A stretch of DNA of 38,260 nt from Gemmatimonadales bacterium (GCA_038216165.1 JBBQQJ010000003.1:1-38260), one strand, 5' to 3'. Shown: positions 7,280-17,755, counted from the first letter of the stretch. Numbers and translations are program-made. The notes: generated from the letters alone by a model not told the origin.

Positions 7280-8571
7280 CCGAGGCGGCGACCGTGGCGG
7301 GAGGAAAATTCGCCGGTTTCGCCGGTGATGAGCCGTGCGCCCGGCGCGTAGCGAACGTAGGACCAGCCCCACTCAATGAGCACCATCAGCCGGTTGCGGA
7401 AGTTCACGAGGAAGGCGATGTGGACCACCGCCCAGATCCACCACGCGAGCAGCCCCCCGAAGGCGAAGCGCCAGATGTCGGCCACGGCATGGCCGCGACC
7501 GATCACGGCGAGCTGGCCCTTGTCCCAGTACTGGAACGGTCGCCGCGGCCGACCGGCGAGATCGGCGGTGATGCTGCGGGCGGTGTAGCCCCCCATCTGG
7601 ATCGCCACCGGACAGGTCCCCGGCAGCGCCGCGGGCTGGCCCTCCTGATGATGGAATGCAGCCGCGTCCCCCAGCACAAAGCAGTCGGGGTGGCCCGGAA
7701 TGGTGCAATCGGGCTCGACCAGCGCGCGTCCCTGCCGGTCCAGCGGCACGCCGAGGGTGGCCAGGAGCGGCGAGGCCTGGTTGCCGGCGGCCCAGATCAC
7801 GGTGGTGGTCGGGATCGTCCACCCGGCCGCCGCCACGTAGCCGGCCGTCACGTTGGTGACCATCGTGTTCTCGCGCACGTCCACCCCAAGGGAGCGGAGG
7901 TCCTGCTTGGCCCGCGTGCTCAGCTTCTCGGGGTAGCTGGAGAGGATGCGTCCCCCCCCCTCGAGCAGGAGCACCGTCGCCTCGCGCGGGTCGATGTGCC
8001 GGAAGTCACGCGCCAGCGCGTAGCGCCGCAGCTCGGCGATCGCCCCCGCCATCTCCACGCCTGTCGGCCCGCCACCGATCACCACGAAGGTCAGGTACTG
8101 GTGCCGTTTGGCCGGATCGGGTTCGCGCTCGGCCTTTTCGAAGGCCAGCAGCACGCGGCGGCGCACCTCGAGCGCGTCCTCGATCGCCTTGAGCCCCGGC
8201 GCGTGGGGCTCCCAGTCGTCATGGCCGAAGTAGGCATGCCGGGCCCCGGTGGCGATCACGCAGTAGTCGTAGCCGACTGCGGTGCCGGTGGCGAAGTGGA
8301 CGGTGCGCGCGACGGGATCGACGCGCGTGACCTCCGCCATCTGCACCTCGACGTTGCGCTGCCGGCGGAGGATGGCACGAATCGGGGTGGCGATGTCCTG
8401 CGGCGAGAGGGCTGCCGTGGCCACCTGATAGAGCATCGGCTGGAAGAGATGGTGATTGCGGCGGTCGATCAGGGTGATGCGCACGGGGGCGCGCTTGAGC
8501 CCCTTCGCGAGATACAGCCCCGCGAAGCCCCCGCCAATGATCACCACGTGCGGCCGGTCCTCGCGTGCCAT
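7276..8571 (-). CDS. ndh: Type II NADH:quinone oxidoreductase (NAD(P)/FAD-dependent)
   Basis: GGGFAG, HHLFQPMLYQVATA, GGGPTGVEMAG, WAAG, LGD and KGQLAVIGR motifs. Confidence 0.88.
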   Translation of the reverse strand: MAREDRPHVVIIGGGFAGLYLAKGLKRAPVRITLIDRRNHHLFQPMLYQVATAALSPQDIATPIRAILRRQRNVEVQMAEVTRVDPVARTVHFATGTAVGYDYCVIATGARHAYFGHDDWEPHAPGLKAIEDALEVRRRVLLAFEKAEREPDPAKRHQYLTFVVIGGGPTGVEMAGAIAELRRYALARDFRHIDPREATVLLLEGGGRILSSYPEKLSTRAKQDLRSLGVDVRENTMVTNVTAGYVAAAGWTIPTTTVIWAAGNQASPLLATLGVPLDRQGRALVEPDCTIPGHPDCFVLGDAAAFHHQEGQPAALPGTCPVAIQMGGYTARSITADLAGRPRRPFQYWDKGQLAVIGRGHAVADIWRFAFGGLLAWWIWAVVHIAFLVNFRNRLMVLIEWGWSYVRYAPGARLITGETGEFSSRHGRRLG

Positions 8572-8583
8572 GGTCACCTGTCG

Positions 8584-8871
8584 CTAAAAGCCCATCGTCT
8601 CGCGTCGCCAGCGGGCGAAGCGGATCACATCGTCGCGCGGTGGCACCGCCCCCTCGTCCCCGTAGGCGGTGTACATCCGCCAGCGGAGATAGGTCCGGTC
8701 CGGCACCGGCAGGAACGGGGCCCGGCCCCACCACCCCCGCCGCCGGAAGGCCCACCCGGTGCGGAGCAGGTCCACCGCCAGCCGAGGACTGATGATGGCC
8801 CGCATGGTCAGCCCGCCCAGCAGGGCGAGCCAGCTCCCCTGAAAGCGGGGGTCGGGCGCGGGAGGCGACAT
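8584..8871 (-). CDS. Conserved hypothetical protein (95 aa)
   Basis: C-terminal part of track ORF 8584..10500 (WWGRAPFLPVPDRTYLRWRMYTAYGD); ATG at 8871 has a TATATT 7 nt upstream; stop lies next to the ndh start. Confidence 0.7.
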   Translation of the reverse strand: MSPPAPDPRFQGSWLALLGGLTMRAIISPRLAVDLLRTGWAFRRRGWWGRAPFLPVPDRTYLRWRMYTAYGDEGAVPPRDDVIRFARWRRETMGF

Positions 8872-8931
8872 CCGGGGGAATATAGGCCCGGCAGGCCGGG
8901 CAGCGGCCCCCGCCCTCCCTATATTGCCCCG

Positions 8932-10062
8932 ATGACGGCCCCCCACTCGCTCGCCCACTGGCGCGATACGTTCTCGATCTTCGAGCACACCACCTACCTC
9001 AATTCGTGCTCGCTGGGCCCCCTCTCGCGTGAGTCGCGGGGGCGGATCCTCGCCTACCTCGACCAGTGGGAGCGGCGCGGCGCCGCCAATTGGTACGACG
9101 TCTGGTGGAGTGCGCTCGAGGAGTTGCGCACCCGCTACGGGCGGCTGGTCGGCGCGCGGCCGGGTGAGATCGCCCTGCACCCCTCGGTGTCGAGCATCCT
9201 CGGCGTGATCGCCAGCGCGCTCGACACCACCCGCCGGCCGAAGATCGTCACCACCCTGCTCGACTTCCCCACGGTGCCCTACCAGTGGCTGCCGCGCAAT
9301 GCCGAGGTGGTGCTGCTGGAGAGCCCCGATGGCGTCTCCGTGCCATTGGAGGCGTTCGAGCGTGCCGTGGACGACCGGACCGCGCTGGTGATCACCAGCC
9401 ACGTCTACTTCACCTCGGGCGCCATCCAGGACGTGGCCGCGATCGGCGCGATTGCGCGGCGGCACGGCGCGCTGTCGATGATCGACGGCTACCAGGGGGT
9501 GGGCCAGGTGCCGGTCGATGCCCCGGCGCTCGGCATCGATTGCTACTGTTCCGGCGGCCTCAAGTGGCTGCTCGGCGGCACGGGGGTCTGCTTCCTCTGG
9601 GCCAACGCCGAAACGACCCACGGGATGGTACCGACGAGCACCGGGTGGTTTGCGCACAAGGACCAGTTCGCATTCGATCCGGCGCACTTCGTCCCGCACG
9701 ATGACGCGCGCCGCTTCGAGACCGGGACCCCGGCGCTGATGCCGGTGTACGCGCAACTCGGTGGGCTCGACGTGCTGGAGTCGGCCGGGGCGACGGAGAT
9801 CCGGGCGGTCACGTCGATGCTCACCGAGGACCTGATCACGGAGGCCCGCGCGCGCGGGCTGGTGCCGAAGGTGGCGCCGCATGCGGCCGAGCGCAGCGCG
9901 ATCGTGATGCTGCCGAGCGCCGATCCGCGGGCCACGGTGGCGCGGCTGGCCGAGCAGGGCTTCATCGTGGATGCGCGCCCGGGCCATGTCCGGGTCTCGC
10001 CCTACTTCTACAACGTGGTCGATGACCACCGCGCGTTTCTGGAGGCGTTCCTGAATGACTGA
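8932..10062 (+). CDS. Class V PLP-dependent aminotransferase (kynureninase/cysteine desulfurase-like)
   Basis: YLNSCSLGP, DFPT, SHVYFTSG, DGYQGVG, GGLKWLLGG and RFETGTP motifs; the real start is ATG 8932, not the track start at 7294. Confidence 0.88.
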   Translation: MTAPHSLAHWRDTFSIFEHTTYLNSCSLGPLSRESRGRILAYLDQWERRGAANWYDVWWSALEELRTRYGRLVGARPGEIALHPSVSSILGVIASALDTTRRPKIVTTLLDFPTVPYQWLPRNAEVVLLESPDGVSVPLEAFERAVDDRTALVITSHVYFTSGAIQDVAAIGAIARRHGALSMIDGYQGVGQVPVDAPALGIDCYCSGGLKWLLGGTGVCFLWANAETTHGMVPTSTGWFAHKDQFAFDPAHFVPHDDARRFETGTPALMPVYAQLGGLDVLESAGATEIRAVTSMLTEDLITEARARGLVPKVAPHAAERSAIVMLPSADPRATVARLAEQGFIVDARPGHVRVSPYFYNVVDDHRAFLEAFLND

Positions 10063-10804
10063 ATCGACCCATCCCGGTCGGAACCGCCCGCCCGCTGAAC
10101 CCACCCAGGACGAGCAGCTCCTCAACGAACCGGTGGACGCCCGCACGATGGAGATCCGGCGCAACTCCGACTCCTGGCGGGTGCTGCGGATCATGGGCGA
10201 GTTCGTCTGGGGATTCGAGAACCTCCAGAGCGTCGCGGGTGGGGTGTCGGTGTTCGGCTCGGCCCGCACCAAGCCGGACGATCCGATGTACCAGGCGGCG
10301 GTGCAGACCGGCGCGCTGTTCGCGGCGGCAAACGTCCCGGTGATCACCGGGGGCGGCCCCGGCATCATGGAGGCCGCCAACAAAGGGGCCTTCGAGGCGG
10401 GAGGGTTGTCGATCGGCTGCAACATCGAGCTACCGCACGAGCAGTACACCAACCCGTACCTCACCAGGTCGCTCGACTTCAAGTTCTTCTTCGTCCGCAA
10501 GACGATGTTCGTGAAGTACGCGCTCGGGTTCGTGGTCTTTCCCGGGGGCTACGGCACGCTCGACGAGCTGTTCGAGGCGCTCACACTGATCCAGACCAAC
10601 AAGGTGACCGACTTCCCGGTGGTCCTCTTCGGCGACGCCTACTGGAGTGGCCTCGTGGAGTGGATGCACCACACGCTGCTTGATGGCGGGATGATCTCGC
10701 CGGGCGACGAACGCCTGTTCACGCTCACCAGCGACCCGGCGGTCGCGGTGCAGACGATCCTGGACGCCCAGCAGCGTCTCAACATGAGCGGCGTGGGCCT
10801 GTGA
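10055..10804 (+). CDS. LOG family (TIGR00730) nucleotide phosphoribohydrolase
   Basis: VFGSAR, TGGGPGIMEAANKGA, FFVRKTMF and PGGYGTLDE motifs. Confidence 0.92.
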   Translation: MTESTHPGRNRPPAEPTQDEQLLNEPVDARTMEIRRNSDSWRVLRIMGEFVWGFENLQSVAGGVSVFGSARTKPDDPMYQAAVQTGALFAAANVPVITGGGPGIMEAANKGAFEAGGLSIGCNIELPHEQYTNPYLTRSLDFKFFFVRKTMFVKYALGFVVFPGGYGTLDELFEALTLIQTNKVTDFPVVLFGDAYWSGLVEWMHHTLLDGGMISPGDERLFTLTSDPAVAVQTILDAQQRLNMSGVGL

Positions 10805-10808
10805 GGCG

Positions 10809-12317
10809 ATGAGCGACCCCGCTGCACCAGTCGCCCCTCCCCGGCGGCAGGCGTGGACCGCACTGGCGCTCCTCGCCTTCATCAACATCCTCAACTATCT
10901 CGACCGCAACGTCATCTTCGCGTTGTTCGAGCCGATCAAGGCCGACCTCGGGCTCACCGACGCACAGCTTGGCTGGCTCGGTTCGGCCTACATCCTCGTC
11001 TTCTCGATGGCCGCCCTGCCGCTGGGCATCCTCAGCGACCTGAAGAGCCGGAAGGGCGTCATCGCCGGTGGTGTGGCCCTGTGGAGCGCGTTCACCGCAC
11101 TGGGCGGCCTGGTGCGCACCTACTGGCAGCTCTTTGTCTGCCGGGCCGCGGTGGGCATCGGCGAGGCGGCGTACGGGCCGGCGGCGAGCTCGATGACGGC
11201 CGATTATTTCCCCGGCAAGGATCGCGCGATCGCGATGGGGATCCTGGCGGCCGGGATTCCGGTGGGCGGCGTCCTGGGGCTCCTCCTCGGCGGCTGGCTG
11301 GAAGGGATCTACGGCTGGCGCGTGGCGTTCATGGCCGTGGGGCTGCCGGGCTTCGCCTGCGCCCTGCTCGTCTCGCGCCTCAAGGACCCGACCCGCGTGG
11401 ACGAACCGCTGACAGTGCGCAGCGTGCTCCAGGAACTCGAGATCGGCGTGCGGGGCTTCGTGCGGCAGTTGCTGCCGGCGATTACCTGGGCCGCCATCGG
11501 CCTGGGCGCCGCGTGGGTCGCGAGTGAGTTCTACGGGGCCGACTCCGCGGTGGATGCCGCCGTCTTCGCCGTGGCGCTGACGATCGGCGTGGCGCTCACC
11601 ATCTGGCGCTGGGTACGGCTGGTGCGCGCGAACCGTCGGGAGGAGACACCGTTCACCCCCGCGCTCGAGGGAGCAGTCGATGACCTGGTGCGCGCCGGGC
11701 GCCGCGTGCTCGGCACGCCGACCTTGGTGTATGTCTTCCTGGCGGGGGCGATGATCTCGTTCGGCCTCAACGGGTTGGTGGGCTGGGGCCCGACCTTCAT
11801 GACGCGCGAGTTCAACATCTCCTCAGGCACCGCTGCGGGCCTGCTCGGCAAGTGGGGACTCCTCGCCGGCGTCCTCGGCGCGCTGGCCGGCGGCGCCGTG
11901 GCCGACTTCCTCGAGCGCTACACCGAACGGGGCCGCGTCATCACCATCGGTGCCGGACTCCTCCTCGGCGGGCCGCTGGCGGTGTGGCTGCTCCTGGTCC
12001 ACGACCTCGACCTCTTCATGCCGATCTTTGCCGTGGCGTTCTTCTTTCTGAGCTGGTACAACGGCCCGCTCACCGCGGTCATCTTTGACGTCGTGCCGCC
12101 GCGCGTCGGCGCCACGGTGAGTGGCGCATACCTGCTGTTCATCCACCTTGCTGGTGATGCCATCGCCTTCCCGCTCGTCGGCTCGCTCAGCGACCGCTTT
12201 GGGCTGCGCACCGCCGCGCTGGTGCTCCCTGCGGTGGCGATCCTGGGTGGCATCGTGGTGCTGGGGGCGATGCGCACCATCGGCGCCGACCGGCGCCGCG
12301 CGCAGGGCGAGGGGTAG
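10809..12317 (+). CDS. MFS transporter (spinster-like)
   Basis: NILNYLDRN, LGILSDLKSRK (motif A), RAAVGIGEA and many transmembrane helices. Confidence 0.9.
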   Translation: MSDPAAPVAPPRRQAWTALALLAFINILNYLDRNVIFALFEPIKADLGLTDAQLGWLGSAYILVFSMAALPLGILSDLKSRKGVIAGGVALWSAFTALGGLVRTYWQLFVCRAAVGIGEAAYGPAASSMTADYFPGKDRAIAMGILAAGIPVGGVLGLLLGGWLEGIYGWRVAFMAVGLPGFACALLVSRLKDPTRVDEPLTVRSVLQELEIGVRGFVRQLLPAITWAAIGLGAAWVASEFYGADSAVDAAVFAVALTIGVALTIWRWVRLVRANRREETPFTPALEGAVDDLVRAGRRVLGTPTLVYVFLAGAMISFGLNGLVGWGPTFMTREFNISSGTAAGLLGKWGLLAGVLGALAGGAVADFLERYTERGRVITIGAGLLLGGPLAVWLLLVHDLDLFMPIFAVAFFFLSWYNGPLTAVIFDVVPPRVGATVSGAYLLFIHLAGDAIAFPLVGSLSDRFGLRTAALVLPAVAILGGIVVLGAMRTIGADRRRAQGEG

Positions 12318-12406
12318 GGGTATAGGGAACCACAGGGCATCCTGGAACATTTCACAACGTACCGCAGTAGCACACAGATAGACCTTCTCGATCGAAAGGG
12401 CACTCC

Positions 12407-12832
12407 ATGCAACGCAACGCCACCGCCACCTGGACCGGCGACCTCAAGAACGGCAAGGGCACCCTCGGCGTCGGTAGCGGCGCCTTCGAGGGCCCGTACT
12501 CGTTCGCCTCCCGCTTCGAGGGCTCCGGCGACACCAACCCCGAGGAACTGCTCGGCGCCGCGCACGCCGGCTGTTATTCCATGGCGCTCTCGCTCGCCTG
12601 CTCGGAGGCCGGGCACGTACCGGAGCGGGTGCACACCACGGCCACGGTGCATCTCGAGAAGGTCGACGGCGGAATGGCGATCACCAAGATTGACCTCGCC
12701 ACCACGGGCACGGTCCCGGGCATGACCGAGGAGGCGTTCCGGACGCTCGCCGAGGCGACCAAGACGGGCTGCATCGTCTCGAAGGCGCTGTCGGCGGTGC
12801 CGATGTCGCTGGAGATCCGCTTCGGCGGGTAG
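12407..12832 (+). CDS. osmC: OsmC family peroxiredoxin
   Basis: YSFASRFE, TNPEELLGAAHAGCYSMAL and second Cys in GCIVSKAL. Confidence 0.93.
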   Translation: MQRNATATWTGDLKNGKGTLGVGSGAFEGPYSFASRFEGSGDTNPEELLGAAHAGCYSMALSLACSEAGHVPERVHTTATVHLEKVDGGMAITKIDLATTGTVPGMTEEAFRTLAEATKTGCIVSKALSAVPMSLEIRFGG

Positions 12833-12943
12833 CCACCGGCCGCGCCTGGCAGTCGTCACGCGGCGGACGATCTCACGGTTGCCCGCCGCGCGTCGTTGAG
12901 CCATTGTTCCCGGTTCGCTCTCCTCGATCGCACCCAGACCGGA

Positions 12944-14575
12944 ATGGCCATGTCCGAGCCGACGCAGCGCACCGGAATTGATCTCCTGCTCGACCCCTAC
13001 CACAACAAGGGCAGCGCGTTCTCCGAGGCGGAGCGCGAGGCGCTCGGCCTGCGCGGACTGCTGCCCTATCGCGTGCTCACCATCGAGCAGCAGGTGGAGC
13101 GCGCGCTCGCGAACCTCCGTCGCAAGACGTCTCCCCTCGAACAGTACGTCTACCTCGCCCGGCTCCGCGAGCGGAACATCACGCTCTACTTCCGCGTGCT
13201 GGTGGACCACATCAGCGAAGCCATGCCGATCGTCTACACGCCGACGGTGGGCGAGGCATGCCAGCAGTTCGGTCAGATCTTCGGGCGGCCGCGTGGGTTG
13301 TACATCACCGCCCGCGATCGGGGCCGGGTGCGCGAGATGCTGGAGGCGTGGCACCACGATGACGTGCGGGTGATCGTCGTCACCGATGGCGAGCGGATCC
13401 TCGGTCTTGGTGACCTCGGCGCGCAGGGGATGGGGATCCCGATCGGCAAACTGGCGCTCTACACCGCCTGTGCCGGCATCCACCCGGCGCAGTGCCTCCC
13501 GGTCACCCTCGACGTCGGCACCGACAACGCCGAGCTGCGGGACACGGCATTCTATCCCGGGGTCCCCGAGCCACGGCTCCGTGGCGAGGCGTACCAGACG
13601 CTGGTGGCGGAGTTTGTCGACGCCGTGCGCGAGGTCTTCCCGGAAGCGCTGCTGCAGTGGGAGGACTTCGCCACCGAGAACGCCTTCCGCCTCCTGGCCG
13701 CGCACCGCACCCGGATCCGCTCGTTCAACGATGACATCCAGGGCACCGCGGCGGTGACGCTCGCCGGGCTCTATTCAGCGTGTCGCACCACCGGCACCGC
13801 CCTGCGCGACCAGCAGGTGCTCTTCTACGGCGCTGGTTCGGCGGCGACCGGCATCGGTGAGTTGATCGTGACGGCGATGATGGAGGACGGACTCGACGAG
13901 GCCACCGCGCGCCGACGCTGCTGGTTCCTTGACTCGAAGGGACTCGTGGTCGCCTCGCGCACCGACCTGCAGCCGCACAAGCAACCGTTCGCCCATGCGC
14001 ACGCGCCCGTCGCCACGCTCGATGCGGCGGTCGAGGCACTCCGCCCCACGGCACTGATCGGGGTGGCAGCACAACCGAAGGCATTCACGGAGGAGGTGCT
14101 GCGCGCGATGGCCGCGGTGACCGAGCGGCCGATCATCTTCGCGCTCTCGAATCCGACCAGCAAGGCGGAGTGCACCTCGGAGGAGGCATACCGGTGGACC
14201 GACGGGCGCGCCCTCTTCGCGAGTGGTTCGCCGGCAGAGGTGGTCACGCTCGATGGCACCACCTTCGTGCCGCGCCAGGCCAACAACGTCTACATCTTCC
14301 CGGGCCTCGGCCTGGGCGTGGTGGCCACGCAGGCACGCGAGGTCACCGACGCGATGTTCCTCGCCGCAGCCAAGACACTTGCCGGCACCCTCTCCGACGC
14401 CGACCTCGCCCAGGGCTCGCTCTTCCCGCCACTCGAACAGATCCGCGATGTCTCCGCAGCGATCGCCGTCGCCGTGGCGCAGGTGGCCGTGGCGCATGGG
14501 CTCAGCACGGTCCCGGTGCCCGATGACATGGAGCCATGGATCCGGGCGCAGATGTGGGTCCCGGCGTACGACTGA
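12944..14575 (+). CDS. maeA: NAD-dependent malic enzyme (start 12944 or 12950)
   Basis: PIVYTPTVG, TDGERILGLGD, FNDDIQGT, GAGSA, FALSNPT and QANNVYIFPG motifs. Confidence 0.92.
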   Translation: MAMSEPTQRTGIDLLLDPYHNKGSAFSEAEREALGLRGLLPYRVLTIEQQVERALANLRRKTSPLEQYVYLARLRERNITLYFRVLVDHISEAMPIVYTPTVGEACQQFGQIFGRPRGLYITARDRGRVREMLEAWHHDDVRVIVVTDGERILGLGDLGAQGMGIPIGKLALYTACAGIHPAQCLPVTLDVGTDNAELRDTAFYPGVPEPRLRGEAYQTLVAEFVDAVREVFPEALLQWEDFATENAFRLLAAHRTRIRSFNDDIQGTAAVTLAGLYSACRTTGTALRDQQVLFYGAGSAATGIGELIVTAMMEDGLDEATARRRCWFLDSKGLVVASRTDLQPHKQPFAHAHAPVATLDAAVEALRPTALIGVAAQPKAFTEEVLRAMAAVTERPIIFALSNPTSKAECTSEEAYRWTDGRALFASGSPAEVVTLDGTTFVPRQANNVYIFPGLGLGVVATQAREVTDAMFLAAAKTLAGTLSDADLAQGSLFPPLEQIRDVSAAIAVAVAQVAVAHGLSTVPVPDDMEPWIRAQMWVPAYD

Positions 14576-14620
14576 GCACGGTGCGCAGCGAACAGCGAGC
14601 AGCGGGGACGCAGGGACGCA
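14576..14620 (+). repeat. Degenerate heptamer/octamer tandem repeats after the malic enzyme stop
   Basis: gcgcagc gaacagc gagcagc, then gggacgca x2. Confidence 0.5.
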
Positions 14621-14683
14621 TGGTCGCCGCGCCGCACAGCGGCGCCCCCGTCATCCCGCGGCGGCGGCGCGCCCTGCTGGTCC

Positions 14684-14962
14684 TCACCCCCGCCCCCACA
14701 GCTCCACCAGTTCGCCCACCACGCGTTTCGCCTCGGCCGGGTCGCCGCTGCGGATCGCGTCGGTGGTGCAGTGGGCGAGGTGGTCCTGCAGCAGGATCCG
14801 CCCCGCGCCCCGCAGCGCCTCCTGCACCGAGGCGATCTGCGCGAGGATGTCGGGGCAGTAGCGCCCCTCGTCCACCATTTTCTGCAGTCCGCGGACCTGG
14901 CCCTCGATGCGGCGCAGCCGCTTGGCCAGCGCATCCTTCACGTCGTCGTCACGATGGTGCAT
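14684..14962 (-). CDS. csoR: Copper-sensing repressor, CsoR/RcnR family
   Basis: RLRRIEGQVRGLQKMV..RYCPDIL and HLAHC give the C-H-C Cu(I) ligand set. Confidence 0.92.
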   Translation of the reverse strand: MHHRDDDVKDALAKRLRRIEGQVRGLQKMVDEGRYCPDILAQIASVQEALRGAGRILLQDHLAHCTTDAIRSGDPAEAKRVVGELVELWGRG

Positions 14963-14989
14963 GCAGTACGGTCCTTTCCGGAAGATGCG

Positions 14990-15028
14990 GAGCGGCGAGC
15001 GGCGTGCGCTGTTCGCCGTTCGCCGTTC
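14990..15028. repeat. Heptamer repeats arranged as an imperfect hairpin between copA and csoR
   Basis: gagcggc x2 - gtgc - gctgttc gccgttc gccgttc. Confidence 0.55.
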
Positions 15029-17387
15029 ACGGGGTCCATCCCTTGAGCCGCAGGCTGTTCCCCACCACGCTCACGCTGCTGAACGCCATCGCGGCACTGG
15101 CGATGATCGGCGAGAGCAGGATGCCGAAGGCGGGGTAGAGCACGCCCGCAGCGACGGGAATCCCGACCACGTTGTAGGCGAAGGCCCAGAAGAGGTTCTG
15201 GCGCATCGTCGCCATCGTGCGGCGCGAGAGGGCCACGGCATCGGCGACGGCGCCGAGGTCCTCGCGCATCAGGGCGACGTCCGCCGCCTCGATGGCCACA
15301 TCCGTCCCCCCCCCCATGGCGATGCCGATGTCGGCACGGGCGAGCGCGGGGGCATCGTTGATGCCGTCACCCACCATCGCCACGACCGCGCCGGCCGCCT
15401 GCAACCGCTCGACCTCGCGCACCTTTCCCTCGGGAAGCACCCCGGCGACGACGGTCACGATGCCAACCTCCGCCGCGATCGCCCGCGCGGTGGATTCGGT
15501 GTCACCGGTGAGCAGCACCACGTCGAGTCCCATCGCCCGGAGCCGCGCGATGGCGGCGGCGGAGCTGGCGCGCACCGGGTCGGCAATGCCCAGCAGCCCG
15601 GCGAGCGTTCCATCGATGGCCACGAAGACCGGCGTGCGCCCACGCGCGGCGAGGTCGGCGGCGGGTCCAGCCAACGGCGCCGTGTCGATCGACCACTCCG
15701 CCAGCAACGCAGCATTCCCCGCCAGCACCGCGTGGCCATCCACCACACCCTGTGCCCCCTTGCCGGTGACGGAGGCAAAACCTGCCACCTCGCCCAGCGG
15801 CACCCCCCGCGCCTCGGCGGCGCGCACGATCGCGGCCGCGAGCGGGTGCTGCGACGCGCGCTCCAGCGTACCGACCAGTCCGAGCACGTCCTCCTCGGAC
15901 AGCGCCGTGGCCGGGGCGAGGACGAGATCCGTCACCGCCGGCTTCCCCTCGGTCACGGTGCCGGTCTTGTCGAGCACCACGGTGGTGAGGTCGCCGGCAC
16001 GCTGCAGCGCCTCGCCACCCTTGATCAGCACGCCGAGCTCGGCGCCCTTGCCGGTGGCCACCATGACCGCGGTGGGGACGGCGAGGCCCATGGCGCACGG
16101 GCATGCGATGATCAGCACCGCCACGCTCGCGGCAAAGGCGCGCATCGCCGGCGCCTCCGGGGCAAGCACGAACCAGATGGCGAAGGTCGCAATCGCCAGC
16201 GAGAGCACCACTGGCACGAAGATCCCGCTGATGCGATCGGCGAGGCGCTGGATCGGGGCGCGGGACGACTGCGCCTCGCGCATCAGCGTCACGATGCGTG
16301 CGAGCACCGAGTCGGCGCCGAGGGTGGTGGCCCGCAGGTACAGCACGCCGGTGCCATTCACCGTGGCACCAATGACGCGATCGCCGGCCTGTTTCGGCAC
16401 CGGCAGCGACTCCCCGGTGAGCATCGCTTCGTCCACCGCGCTCTCGCCGCGGACCACCTCGCCGTCCACCGGCACCCGCTCCCCGGGGCGCACCTGCACT
16501 TCGTCGCCGGGCTGCACGGCGGCGACAGGCACCTCGACCGGGGCGCCATCGCGCATCACGCGCGCGGTGGGCGGCTGCAGCGTTGCGAGGGCGCGCAGGG
16601 CGGAGGCCGTCTGCCGTTTGGCGCGGGCCTCGAAGGCGTTGCCGGCCAGGATGAATGCGATGATGAGGATCACCGCCTCGTAGTAGACATCCGGCGCGAG
16701 GCCGCGCGCAAGGAACGCCCCCGGTGCCACGGTGGCGATCACGCTGTAGACGAACGCGGCACCGGTCCCCACCGCCACCAGGGTGTTCATGTCGGCGGAG
16801 TGGTGCCGGAACGCCGCCCAGGCGCGCACGTAGAAGTGCCGGCCGGCCCACCCCATCACCACCACGGTGAGGACGAGCAGCCCCCACGACAGCACGGCCG
16901 AGGGGATGGCATACAGCCAGGGCAAGGCCGCCTGCAGCGGTGGCGTGAGCCCCTGCATCACCCACCCCATGAACGGATCGACCGAGACGCCGTGGGCGTG
17001 ATCCGGTGCGGCCATCAGCGGCATCGACACCAACATCGCCACCGCACCGGCCACGCCGCTCACGATCGCCTTGGTGCGCAGCGCGGCGAAGGTCGCCATC
17101 GTGGCGGCGTCGTGATCCACCTGCGCCTCGGCGGCTGACTGCTCGGCCGCTGGCAGCGCCGCGTCGTACCCGGTGTCGCGCACCGCGGCCATCAACGCCT
17201 CGGGCGAGGTGCGCGCCGGATCATAGGCGATGGCCGCGTTCCCCATCATCAGGTTGACCGACGCGTCGGTGACCCCCGGGGCGGCCTGCAGTGCGCGTTG
17301 CACGCGAGACTGGCAGGCGGCGCAGGTCATCCCCTCGACGGTGAGGGTGACGCGCTCCCCCACCAACGGCTCAGTGGTGGCCGACAT
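15027..17387 (-). CDS. copA: Cu(I)-translocating P1B-1 ATPase
   Basis: N-terminal [34 protein letters not shown] and MAFSS motifs. Confidence 0.95.
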   Translation of the reverse strand: MSATTEPLVGERVTLTVEGMTCAACQSRVQRALQAAPGVTDASVNLMMGNAAIAYDPARTSPEALMAAVRDTGYDAALPAAEQSAAEAQVDHDAATMATFAALRTKAIVSGVAGAVAMLVSMPLMAAPDHAHGVSVDPFMGWVMQGLTPPLQAALPWLYAIPSAVLSWGLLVLTVVVMGWAGRHFYVRAWAAFRHHSADMNTLVAVGTGAAFVYSVIATVAPGAFLARGLAPDVYYEAVILIIAFILAGNAFEARAKRQTASALRALATLQPPTARVMRDGAPVEVPVAAVQPGDEVQVRPGERVPVDGEVVRGESAVDEAMLTGESLPVPKQAGDRVIGATVNGTGVLYLRATTLGADSVLARIVTLMREAQSSRAPIQRLADRISGIFVPVVLSLAIATFAIWFVLAPEAPAMRAFAASVAVLIIACPCAMGLAVPTAVMVATGKGAELGVLIKGGEALQRAGDLTTVVLDKTGTVTEGKPAVTDLVLAPATALSEEDVLGLVGTLERASQHPLAAAIVRAAEARGVPLGEVAGFASVTGKGAQGVVDGHAVLAGNAALLAEWSIDTAPLAGPAADLAARGRTPVFVAIDGTLAGLLGIADPVRASSAAAIARLRAMGLDVVLLTGDTESTARAIAAEVGIVTVVAGVLPEGKVREVERLQAAGAVVAMVGDGINDAPALARADIGIAMGGGTDVAIEAADVALMREDLGAVADAVALSRRTMATMRQNLFWAFAYNVVGIPVAAGVLYPAFGILLSPIIASAAMAFSSVSVVGNSLRLKGWTP

Positions 17388-17484
17388 CGGACCCTCCCGC
17401 AGCCTGGAAGCCGAAGAACCACCAGTTCACCACGCCGATCAGGACGGCGGCCCCGCCGAGCACGGCCCACTCGATCGGACTCAC
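17371..17484 (-). CDS. 37-aa single-TM microprotein resembling the membrane anchor of CupA-type cupredoxin chaperones
   Basis: (M)[36 protein letters not shown]; GTG overlaps the copZ TGA (GTGA) and the 3' end overlaps the copA start. Confidence 0.6.
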   Translation of the reverse strand: MSPIEWAVLGGAAVLIGVVNWWFFGFQAAGGSDVGHH

Positions 17485-17696
17485 CCGTCGGCCCGCCCGG
17501 GCACGGCCGTCGCCCCATAGCCCGCCGCCTCGATCGCCGCCACCAGTTCCTCGGGCGCGGCATCGGCATCCACCTCGGCCCGCCCCATCTGGACGGTGTG
17601 GATCGTGGTCCCCTCCACCTCGGCCAGCGCCCGCCGGACCGCGTTCAGGCAGTGTCCGCAGGTCATTCCCTCGATATGAACCGTCCATTCCGCCAT
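17481..17696 (-). CDS. copZ: Copper chaperone, HMA domain
   Basis: IEGMTCGHC...AIEAAGY; 71 aa; first gene of the cop operon. Confidence 0.92.
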   Translation of the reverse strand: MAEWTVHIEGMTCGHCLNAVRRALAEVEGTTIHTVQMGRAEVDADAAPEELVAAIEAAGYGATAVPGRADG

Positions 17697-17697
17697 G

Positions 17698-17755
17698 TAC
17701 CCCCCCAGGGTATGTATTGTGGACTGAAGATGTATAGGGGGGAGGGGTATGTCAA
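17698..17755 (-). promoter_or_regulatory. cop operon promoter with two CsoR-type operators
   Basis: Minus strand: TTGACA (17755-17750), 17-nt spacer, CATCTT. Pseudo-palindromes TACCCCCCCAGGGTA (17698-17712) and ATACCCCTCCCCCCTATA (17750-17733) fit the TAC-C/G-tract-GTA CsoR operator pattern. Confidence 0.8.

Noticed and set aside
7294-8931. Apparent 546-aa N-terminal extension of the class V aminotransferase
   Set aside because: It is antisense to ndh. A -10 element and ATG at 8932 mark the real start.
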